A DNA stretch of 63,939 nt, counting the filler, from Conidiobolus incongruus B7586 (taxonomy: Eukaryota), in assembly GCA_000697335.1 (NCBI GenBank). It is 12 parts of 12 records of this genome, joined end to end, with 100 filler letters (N's around TTAATTAATTAA, not from the genome) between each part and the next. Parts side by side here need not be neighbours in the genome. Positions count along the whole stretch, not along the records: positions 52,020 to 62,794 come from JNEM01006474.1; positions 62,895 to 63,939 come from JNEM01006570.1; 10 more parts are not named here. One strand, given 5' to 3'. The notes under the pieces were generated by a model that saw only the letters and a program-made list of their open reading frames with translations, made no database searches and was not told the origin of the DNA. Positions 53,662-63,939 of the stretch are shown here, piece by piece; the stretch's first letter is position 1; every line of letters begins with the position of its first letter. The translations under genes and the position numbers were made by a program.

Positions 53662-55005
53662 ATACAATTAATTTATAATAATGTAAGAAAATACATTGTA
53701 ATGATCATTATTTATCAAATTCCTTTAAATAATCTAAATTATAGGATTGAATATTGAAATAAATAAATTTATATATAAATATATATCTATTTTAATTTTA
53801 TTATAAGATTATTTAAGTTATGTATCATTCGGAGTTATTTTAATAAACCAGCCAAATATGAAACCTTGGACATATTTCTACATTGTATATTAGTAACAAT
53901 GAAGTATAAATACAATATAAAATATTAAATTATATTTGATAAATGATGCAAAATATTCAAAATCAATTTTAAATTCAAAAATCTAATCAAACCTTAAAAA
54001 ATCTATACAATAATTGCAGAATATTTAATTTAAATATAGGAAATAGATATTGGATTAAATGATATTATTAATTGAAAAAATTTAACAATGCATTGATATA
54101 TATTTTTGATAAAGGTTTTATCCATTATCAAATTGAACAAAAAAGTAGAGTAGAGCTAAAATTCTCACAAGATTTAAAAGGTTTGATATATTAAATAAAT
54201 CTTAAATTGAGACATTGGATATTTATATTATATATTGCCAGATATGTATTTTATAAATCATCGGCTTTGAAAACTGAAATTTTCTTTTCAAAGATATATT
54301 TTTAGTACCTAAAATACTATAAGATTACTTAAGTCGCTTTAAACAGAATTTTTGTTAATAAAGTATACAATTTATGAATTTAATAAATTCTGATAACTTG
54401 AATTCTTTTAAATTTAATCTTGAATAGGTTTTTTTTGAAAAATTATGCAACATCTTATAATATTAACACGTCATTTGGTTGGAAAAAATACAACAATTTT
54501 GGAAATTTTCCATTATTAACAGTAATGGAACAAGTAAAATTGATTTTTAAAATTTACTTTAAATTATATGTCCAAATGCCGTTTTATAATATATTTATCA
54601 ACATTTATATTTAAAAATGATAAATTATAAGAAATTTTAATGATTGATTTCAATATCAATAATGAATTTTGTAAAATGGAAATATAAAAAATATTTGAAC
54701 CAATTTTCCATTAATTTTGACAAAAAACTCCCATCCAAGATAACAATGAATGTAAGATAATGTAATGTATTTAGATATTAAATATAATTATTAATACTTA
54801 GTTTGAAATAGCATAGGATTTATTAATAAATCAAAAAAACCTCAAAATAATTATATAAATTTATAAGATAAGATAAAGTTAAATTACAAAAAAAGGAAAT
54901 TTAATCAAAAAACAGTTGACAGATTTAATTAATAATTCAAACTGTGAGCAATTTTATAGTTGGATAAATAAGAGTTGATGGGTATAAAGTATAGTTGAAA
55001 ATTAA

Positions 55006-56307
55006 TCAATTAATAATACTTTCAGGCCTAGAGCTATATTCAGCCCAAGATCCATCATACACCTTAATATTAGGACTAGAAGTAGTTTCAACAGGTTCGA
55101 TTTGATCAATATCAAATTGACTGACATATTTCACTGCAAAGAAAACAATACAAGCAGTCATTGCTATAGCTAAATAAATGTGAATAAACCAGTAAGTTAT
55201 AATAGTTAAATAGAAGACAAGAGAATAAATTAATTACCACAATAACTAATCAACGGTTTATCTAAATTCAAATCCAAGTTTTTGATAATGGATTGAACTT
55301 CTTCCCTGGATTTATACTGTTTGTAGCTGTTATTAAAAGTCAATACTTTATCAAAACTCAGATTGGTGCTCTTTGGAATATGCTCAGATTGATATCTATT
55401 TATAAATTGAAAATAGAATAATATTATAATTAAGAATAAGAAGAGATTGAATAATTTGATTACAGTGGGATGGGTCTAGCATCAATGATTTGTACTTCAT
55501 CGCTAGCTTCACGAACAAGACTTAAAACTGTATTATAATCAACGATAAAATTATGATTTAAAGGAGGTACAGGATATTTGACCTAAAATTGTATTAATTA
55601 TATAATTTGTGAAAATGATTTAAATTATAGCTATAAAACTCAGATAGTATAGCTAACAGGTATTACAATTTCCAAATTATTTAATTCTTGGAGATAGTTT
55701 CCATTTTTAACAATAGGTCTACCTTCATCTAGCCATTTGGGCAAGCCACCATTCATAATTGATACTTTGGCATGGTTGAACATCTAATTGTAAACAATTA
55801 ATATAGCGGATAATAATAGTGATTTTAATTGTAACCTTCAGTATCCAAAAAGCTCTAGGAGCTGAAAAAATGCCATGTTGGTCATATAATACAATATGAT
55901 CATTTGGATTAATTTTAATGTTTTCTAATAATATTAGTTGAATCAATGACTAATGTCAAAATAAATTGAATGATATAATTAATATTAATAATACCCATAT
56001 AATTTGAAAATGTTTGAGCTGAAGGCAACATATTGGGTAAATTGCTCTCTTTGTCACTTAATTCGATAATGGAAAAAAATCGACTGTTCTAAATTAAAAG
56101 GAATAATGATTATTTAGAAAAATTTCTTTAATTAATAATAAACAGAAAATTATATATATTTTAATTTACCGGTAATCTAATCTTTTGAAATTCCAAAAAT
56201 GCATCCCTATTAGTGCTTGGTAAATACCAGGTAGCATCAATTAGCACCAAGTTATTCAAATTTTTAGCAACATATTCGGTACTACATAAAGGGGGAGCTA
56301 GAAACAT
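55006..56307 (-). CDS. Two-domain rhodanese / sulfurtransferase (Tum1/MPST/TST family), about 7 exons
   Basis: LIDATWYLP, EFQKIRLP, LPNMLPSAQTF, LYDQHGIFSAPRAFW, VSIMNGGLPKW, IIDARP, HIPKS, LISYC, VYDGSWAEY; GT-AG introns. Confidence 0.88.
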
Positions 56308-56602
56308 ATAATTCAATTAAAAGTAATTTTTATTGTATAGTATTTTATTGATACCTATTTCTGTCATTATCAAATAGTATATTATCAATTTTAATTAATG
56401 TAAAAATAAAAAGCAAGTCAATTTTATGACATAAGATATAAAAAATAATTAAATAAAAATTGAAAATATATCCCATAATAATAAATCTGTAAAATTTTAA
56501 ATTATAATACCCAATAATTGAATGCAAACAAAAAAACGATATTAATCATTAAACATTTTAAAATTTAATAATAATTATAAAATTAATAACAAATTATCCA
56601 AA
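56308..56602. promoter_or_regulatory. Probable bidirectional promoter between the rhodanese and SmE genes
   Basis: Only 295 bp between divergent start codons. Confidence 0.55.
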
Positions 56603-57125
56603 ATGAATACGACTAAAGTACAAAAGATTATGGTTCAGCCCATTGTAAGTTAGCTTTTTATTTTGTCCATTGAGCATTTATTAATGATAATATTTTGATT
56701 TAGAATTTAATTTTCAAATATTTCCAAAGTGTAAGTTATTTCAATTACAATACATTTTCATTAATACTAATTTTAAGAAATTATATAGCAAAAGAGAGTT
56801 TCTATTTGGATTTATGACCAAGTTAACTGCCATATCGAAGGCCAAATTTTGGTAATTATTGATTTTTATTATGATTATGAAACGTTCATTTTAATTATTT
56901 TCATTTTTTAGGGTTTCGACGAATTCATGAATTTAGTGTTAGATAAAGCTGTCGAAATCAGATATAAAAAAGATTCAGAGCCTAAAATTACTCAAATAGG
57001 TAAAATTTTAAATTTTCATTTCAACCAATATTTATTGATTGTATACGTTTTATTTTTCTATAGGCAGAATATTACTTAAAGGAGATAATATTACTCTCAT
57101 TTCACCCGTTACTGAAACCCAATAA
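56603..57125 (+). CDS. SME1: Small nuclear ribonucleoprotein E, 5 exons; absent from the ORF track
   Basis: MNTTKVQKIMVQPI|NLIFKYFQS|QKRVSIWIYDQVNCHIEGQIL|GFDEFMNLVLDKAVEI...IG|RILLKGDNITLI. Confidence 0.96.
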
Positions 57126-57209
57126 AATTTTTATTATATCACATATCATTAATAAACGTATGAATTCATTGATTTATTTCTAATTTAATCTACATTTATT
57201 TATTAAATA

Positions 57210-59129
57210 TTAATTATTTTCTAAATCAACTCTTAATCTGAAAGCAATATTACAATCTTGAGGTAAAGCTTTTATCCATTCCTCCAAAACTTCTTTATCT
57301 AATCTGATTTTGAGTTGATCTACTGCTAAATAGTAAACCTCTTCGAACCCTCTATAGTCATTCACTCCCAAATATTGGTCCATGAGTAGTGTCCAAGTGT
57401 TCGCTTCGAAATTTAATAAGTGACCATTCTTTAATAAGGATTTCAAATACTGGAAGCTCAATTTGATAATTTCGATTTTTTCATAAGTGTGACAGAAGTT
57501 CAAGATCACATTCATGATGTTCTGTGTGGGAACTAATTTAAGGTTAATGAACTTGGACCAGACGATTAAAACTTGATTGATATCATTCTGACTGAACAAT
57601 TGTTTCAAAATAACCTCGAATTGATTGACAGTGGGATAAATTTGATTTTGAATCATATCATCGTAAATTCGCATCATTCGATTGATATTCATTTCTCGAC
57701 TTGTAGTCTCGAGTAATAACGAATAAGTTACCCTGTCAGGTTGAACTTCATCTTGTCTCAATTGCTTATACAATTTCCAGCATTGATTGTTTTGGTTAGT
57801 ATCCAAATATAAGGTAAGTAAACAGTTGTAACCTCTCGTATCCAAAGGACAATCATATTCCTTCATTAGGTTACGGATTTTATCAGCCGAAGTTAAATTT
57901 TTATATTTGGAACAGTAACCCAATAAATTATTGAATATATGTTGGTTAGGTTGGATTCCGTGATTTTTAGTCATTTGATCAAATAGTTCCATTGCTCCTT
58001 GGAAATCTCCTTTGCGGTTAGATCCTTCAATTAAAATGAGGAAAACTCGCTGATCTAAGGGTAATTCCAACGCCTTCATCTCTTCAAATAGCTCAAGAGC
58101 CTTCTCGATACGTTCTCCTTTGACTAATGCGTCGAGTAAAAGGGTATAAGTGATAGTATTAGGTTTGTGATTGTATTGGACGAGACGCTGAGCCCAGTCG
58201 AAAGCTTCTTGGAATAAATTGGATTTAATCTTTAAATTGATACAATCATTAAAGTAGTCCAAGCTTGGGCTGAGACCAGATTGAGTTATTAAATCTAATA
58301 TTTGCTTAGGATCTAAATTGAGTTTAGCAATCATATCGACTGAAGGTTCGATTTTGTACCCAGTAACCATCTTTTCCACGAGAGTGTAACCAAAATGGAC
58401 TTGATTATATTTCACGTAAGCGTCCGCCAACAATTCAAAAGTAGTCAAATTGGGTACAATCTGATTGGATTCAATATATAGGAACAAGCTATTAATCTTT
58501 TCAATTGGCTGGTCGTATTGATAATAACACTGTAATAAACCATTCATAATCTGAATATCAATATCGATTTCGTGCTTCTCCAACTCGCTTTGAATCATAT
58601 TCAACTGATCAAATTGTCTGTGTTTCAAACAGAATTGTAACATAATATCGTACATTTGTTTAATTGGCTTGAAATTTTTTTCAATACACTCATTATAATA
58701 ATTCAAACAGTTGTTCAAAGTACCTTGACTTAAATTAAGTTCACCAACCATTAAGTAGTAGTAAGTTTCGGAGTCTAATAGAGATTGCTCAGTTCCTATC
58801 TTATACAGTAGTTTTAAATAGTTGTTATTAGGTTTAGTTGTTGAATAATAGTTAAATAGTTGGTTCAGCGTTGGAGTGTCTAACTCGATCATTTCATCCT
58901 TGTTCAATATTTTTACCATTACTTGTTTAATTTCAACATTATTGGAAGCATTCGACTGTGTCGAATAATTGAAGGTGGTTTGAATCAAACGATCAAATCT
59001 AAATTGTGATTTGGGAAATTGTGATAAAAATAATTGATGCTGATTAGATTGACTAAGATTTTTAATATTAAATAAATAGTTGTAGCTTGAAAATTTTTTC
59101 AATAAGTTAAAATTTCTAGTTCTATACAT
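57210..59129 (-). CDS. Mitochondrial pentatricopeptide-repeat (PPR) protein, intronless
   Basis: ~35-aa repeats (PNTITYTLLLDALVKGERIEKALELFEEMK, GIQPNQHIFNNLL, VQPDRVTYSLLL); basic, acid-poor N-terminal targeting-like peptide. Confidence 0.92.
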   Translation of the reverse strand: MYRTRNFNLLKKFSSYNYLFNIKNLSQSNQHQLFLSQFPKSQFRFDRLIQTTFNYSTQSNASNNVEIKQVMVKILNKDEMIELDTPTLNQLFNYYSTTKPNNNYLKLLYKIGTEQSLLDSETYYYLMVGELNLSQGTLNNCLNYYNECIEKNFKPIKQMYDIMLQFCLKHRQFDQLNMIQSELEKHEIDIDIQIMNGLLQCYYQYDQPIEKINSLFLYIESNQIVPNLTTFELLADAYVKYNQVHFGYTLVEKMVTGYKIEPSVDMIAKLNLDPKQILDLITQSGLSPSLDYFNDCINLKIKSNLFQEAFDWAQRLVQYNHKPNTITYTLLLDALVKGERIEKALELFEEMKALELPLDQRVFLILIEGSNRKGDFQGAMELFDQMTKNHGIQPNQHIFNNLLGYCSKYKNLTSADKIRNLMKEYDCPLDTRGYNCLLTLYLDTNQNNQCWKLYKQLRQDEVQPDRVTYSLLLETTSREMNINRMMRIYDDMIQNQIYPTVNQFEVILKQLFSQNDINQVLIVWSKFINLKLVPTQNIMNVILNFCHTYEKIEIIKLSFQYLKSLLKNGHLLNFEANTWTLLMDQYLGVNDYRGFEEVYYLAVDQLKIRLDKEVLEEWIKALPQDCNIAFRLRVDLENN

Positions 59130-60049
59130 TATAAATAATTATTTAAAAACCAAAATTTAATCAAATTTAGAATATTGATAAAGGTTATAATTTTATTTGG
59201 GTTGCAATTAATTTATGGATTTTGAGGATGATCCCATAATTTCATCGTTTAAATTTTATTATATTTTGTCTGAGTTATCACTAATTTTATTTATAGTCAA
59301 ACATTTTGAATACTGATAATGTATTTATAAATATAATTATAGTCAATGGTTATATAATTCACCAAAAACATTCTTATTTCTTGCATATATATATATACAT
59401 ATATCGTACCGTATATTGATCATTATTAATTATTTTATTTTTTTTATTAAATTTATAAAAGAACATCAATAAACCATGCTTAAATGCTAGTCAATATCAA
59501 TAATACATCATATCACTTGATTTTAATGATTATTCTCAAAGTAAGACTTAATACTCATTTCATTTAATCATTACAAAGATTAACAATAAACAATGATTAA
59601 TTGATTAAAATTCAAAATATCTTGTTTCACTTCATTTTTTAAATGTAACCCTAAATAATTTACTATTTAAATCATATGTTATTGCTAAGCTTGGGATGAC
59701 CTCAATCATTCTATCTAGCCTATTATTGAAACGATCATGATTTTAATAAAATATCTCAACTTTGTTATTTAGTTCTATTAAGCTACCATGATAGTTTATT
59801 CTTAACTTGATGCCTATTGTTTTTTACTTTTTAATACTATTCATTTTTTTATTTTTTAATAATATAAACGATATTAGTTTATATGGAACTATAAATTAAT
59901 CATTTTATCACTTATAACATTTATACTTAAAGAATTAAGAAGATATATTATATTTTTATAAAAGTTAAAAAGTGTATTTGCCGAAATTTAACTAATAATT
60001 ATTAGCTCAATTATTGTTTGAAATGAATCAGTACTCAGAGTTTTTAAGT

Positions 60050-60800
60050 TTTTTGTATTTAATTATTTTATAAGATATTCCCATGATTATTTAGTTTAAT
60101 CTATTAATCATCAACCTTAATTTAGAAATAAATAATTTGGCATTTTCTTCAAATTACAAATTTTAGATGATTCAAAGTGTTTTTTATCAAGATGAATTTA
60201 AGTTTTTAAGACGCAATGTATTTATTACTGGTTCAATTTTGATTCTGAAGAAAATCCTTTATTTAAAGCATTCTCAATATACCCCTCAAGGTTTCTATTT
60301 TCTAAATTGCCCCAGCTGAAATAAATCAGGTGTTTAAAATCTAAAATGTGAGAAAATAATTAAAAGTAATGAGGTATTAAATTGTTAAAATTTACTCACA
60401 TATTAATAAACTCTATGATAGAATTACTGTATTTATTCTTTTCATATAATATCATACAATTTATTGAAATTTTGGATATTTTCTGTTAGTATTTTGGCAG
60501 AATCTAGGCCTAATAAAGTTATATCATTTTTTATTCATCCTTCAAAGTTTAGTTTCCTTTTGGATTATCCTATAAAATCAGAGAAATACTAAATTTGGAA
60601 GTTATGATAGAGATATGATTCATTTAATCATTCAATTCCTTTAACAACTTTCAAATTGATCTAATTATCATTATCAATTGATATGATTTTGGCAAGATGA
60701 TTTAAGGTAAAATAATGAATGTTGTTATATTTTTGATAAATATAATAGACTTATATTTAATTCTTAAATCCTCGAATCCAAAGTAAAAAATGATTTAAAT
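60050..60800 (-). pseudogene. Possible decayed gene (unknown family)
   Basis: GTGAGT donor (~60399) and TTTCAG acceptor (~60316) followed by coding-like WGNLENRNLEGYIENALNKGF, then stops. Confidence 0.25.
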
Positions 60801-62489
60801 TTTAAAATCAGTATAAAAGTCAATATCGTCTTAAATATAATACATAAAATAAAAATTATAATAAATTGATACTAATTCCAGAAAATATATCTCTTATAGC
60901 TTAAATCACTAAAACACACATAAATTATTTATGAAAATGAAACTAAAAAAATTATATTTTAATGATTTTTTAAATGAATAAATTATGCGATTATAATTTT
61001 TACCTTAACTAAAAATTATTGTTTTTATTATTATAATAAAATTGTTTTTGATTTAATTAAATTGATTGGTTCTTCTAATTTTTATAAATATCTATTAATA
61101 AGCAGCAAACATTTGTAAAATAATATTTTCAAATAGGAATTTCCTTAAACTGCAATTCATTGGAATAACTATTGAATTGAAGGATTTTTGGAACAGCTTC
61201 AAAATGACTTGATCAAACTATATATAATGAGATTCAAATATCATTGTTTAGTCATCGATATTAAGTTAATATAATATCATTTGAAAGATGATATACTATA
61301 ATTATAGTAATGATAATATGTGGAATAGCTTGAAAATTGTAGTGACATAACTACCTTTAAGGAAAGTGTTATTTAATCAAAAATATAAATATTGGGCTTA
61401 TTCAAATCTCTCCCACTTTTTCTGATTTTTGATTTAACTGATTTTTTCCAAAACTAAAATCAGTTACTCAGCCAAAAAATCACAAAAATTAGTCAAAAAA
61501 TAGCTTATTAATTTTTTTAATTTATAAAACCTACTAGTTTTCTCCCATAAAATATAAAAATAAGGCTCAAGATTTATTATTATAATTTATAACAATATAT
61601 CTTTATTTTATATTAATCAAAAGATTTTTAATTTATACTGAATACTATATAAATCTATTAATAAAAATACCATTTTAAGCTATATCCTGTTTTTTTTCTT
61701 TTAAGCCATCCATTATTAATAATAATAATAATAATAAAGACTTCTTTGAACTATATTTGATAAAAATTATATTTATTTAATTAAGGCAAGAGAAAAACTA
61801 TGAATCCTGGTGTTTTAACAAGTTAAATACTTTTTTTCAAATATATATATTTATCTTTGTTTTAAAAAAAATAGATTATATAAAGTTAAGAAAGATACTT
61901 AATAAAATATTTAATTATATAAAAACTTTTATTTATAAATTTAAAATTATTAAACAAATTTTAATAAATAAACAATATAATAAAAATAACCTTTTATTTA
62001 TAATAGTTAATATTTTTATAATATAAAATAATTTAGTTTTTAAAGCCTTTAATATAGCTCTTATAATTTCTTTTTTATATAACTAATTTTATTATATAAA
62101 ATTAAATTTCTTAAATGATAAAAGAATAAAATAATAGTATTTTTTATCTTCTATTATCTTTTTTAAGTAAAAACTTTAAAAACCTAACAAATAATAAAAA
62201 AATACTTAATTTTCTCTTTTTTTTTAAAATTTTTAAAAAAATCATATAAAAGCAAAATAAACTTTTAAAATAATAGGTTAAGCTATAATAACTATATAAA
62301 AATATATTTAAATATCAAAATAACAATAATTTTTAATAAAATAACTGATATAATTAATATAAAAAAATTTAAAATAAATTATCAATTTATATAAATTTTA
62401 TTATAAAATTAAATATAATCGGAAGAATATTATAAGTATGGTGGTAAAATACCAATATAGTATAAAGGAAGACTTAATATAAAAGTAAT

Positions 62490-62794
62490 GTGATATATAA
62501 TATGATATTATAATATGATTGTAATATGCAAATATAAACAAAGTTTAATTAAGCTTCAAATTAGGATAAGTCATTAATATATTAGATTTATAATAAATAA
62601 TGCCAATAAACTATAATATTAACAGAATATAGTCTCAATTATAGAAATAATATAAAAGATGAAAAATAATAAGAATTAAAAGGAAAAAAAAACCTAGTTT
62701 ATTAAATAATTTAATATTATTTATATATTTAATTAAATTATAAAAGTATAAATTTAATATATATTTTATAATTAATTAATTTATATTGAAATTT
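62490..62794 (-). mobile_element. Heavily mutated LTR (TGTTAAGAG family)
   Basis: AAACAAAGTTTAATTAAGCTTC, ACAGAATATAGTCTCAAT and AACCTAGTTTATT shared with 41117 and 63599. Confidence 0.8.
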
Positions 62795-63598
62795 NNNNNN
62801 NNNNNNNNNNNNNNNNNNNNNNNNNNNNNNNNNNNNNNTTAATTAATTAANNNNNNNNNNNNNNNNNNNNNNNNNNNNNNNNNNNNNNNNNNNNAAATTA
62901 GTAATTAATTTCAATATGATTAAAATAATACTATATTTTTAAAAAATGATTTTTAAAAAAGTTTTATATTAAGTGAAATAAATTACTCTAAATATTATAT
63001 TTTCTTATATATTTAATATACTATAGTTGTTGATAATTAATATTTTCTTTCTAATATCAAAAATTATAATTTTTCGATTTATTTAATATTGATGAAATAT
63101 AATATGATTAGAATTTATTTATAATAGAATTCAATTTTGGATAATATTTTGATTATTAAAATTTAATATATTTCTTTAGATATTAAATATTTAAAATAAA
63201 ATTGAAAATATTAATTAATTTTGATTTTAGAATCAATAAAAAAAGGATAATTTTGAAATTTCATTAATTTTTAATTTTGAATATTTATAATATATTAGAG
63301 ATTTTGATATATTATATTGATATTTTATATAATATTATAGTTATAAATAAAAATTAATAAAAATTTCAAATGAATTTTATTATTTAAATATTATTCAATC
63401 TTTTATATATTTGATATTTGAATAGTTATATTATTATTTTATTTTAATGATATTGTATTTATAATAAATTATATTATTTTGTCTTAAATTAGGAGAATTC
63501 ATTTATAATTAAAATTATCAACTTTTATTTTAAATTATTTTATTAAAAAAGATCTTTTAATAATTTATTAATAATGATTATATTATAATTTATAATAA

Positions 63599-63939
63599 TG
63601 TTAAGAGACTAGTTCTCTAAATTCTTATATATATTTTTATATAATTTAATTAACTATAAATTATATGATTAATTTATACTTTTATAGCTAAATTAATTGT
63701 ATAAATAGCATTGAATTATCTAATAAACTAAGTTCCTCTTTTTTCCTCTCAATTCTTACTATTTTTACTTTTACACTATTTCTAAGATTGAGACTATATT
63801 CTGTCAATATTGTAGGATATTGGCACTACCTAATATAAATCTTAATATATCGGTGACTCATCCTAGTTCGAAGCTTAATTAAACTTTGTTTACACTTGCA
63901 CGCTACAGCCACGTTATATTACCATGTTCTACGCCACAC
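63599..63939 (+). mobile_element. LTR (TGTTAAGAG family), least mutated copy, runs off the window
   Basis: Starts TGTTAAGAG; TATAAATA (~63700) and AATAAA (~63722); retains CpGs. Confidence 0.85.

Noticed and set aside
45535..54614. Short I/N/K/F/Y-rich ORFs (45535, 52594, 54420; likewise 20227, 24357, 56345)
   Set aside because: Low-complexity chance ORFs in AT-rich DNA
61350..62400. Possible further degraded transposon
   Set aside because: Composition suggests a mutated repeat, but no motif or matching copy could be aligned by eye

Overview
Very AT-rich eukaryotic genomic scaffold with short GT-AG introns. The gene content and intron style suggest an early-diverging fungus, possibly entomophthoralean (Conidiobolus-like); this is an inference. 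There are three zones. (1) A gene-rich block at ~1.6-29.6 kb: CK2 alpha, a RanBP9/10-Gid1-like CTLH subunit, CTNNBL1, tRNA-His with a solo LTR 10 bp upstream, NAA35/MAK10, an FYRN/FYRC protein, SYS1, snapin, two 7TM receptors and NADH glutamate synthase. (2) A gapped ~23 kb transposon graveyard at ~30-53.7 kb: nested DD34E Tc1 elements, DD34D mariner elements with long TIRs, several solo-LTR families, a ~169-bp satellite joined to a decayed telomeric (CCCTAA)n tract, and an intact 7-exon glyoxalase I gene as an island. (3) A small gene cluster at 55-59 kb (divergent two-domain rhodanese, SmE, PPR protein) followed by more relics. The most striking signal is repeat-restricted C-to-T / G-to-A hypermutation (RIP-like; CpG appears to go first, CpC most spared), readable as a graded series across copies. 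All alignments, counts and exon calls were done by eye.
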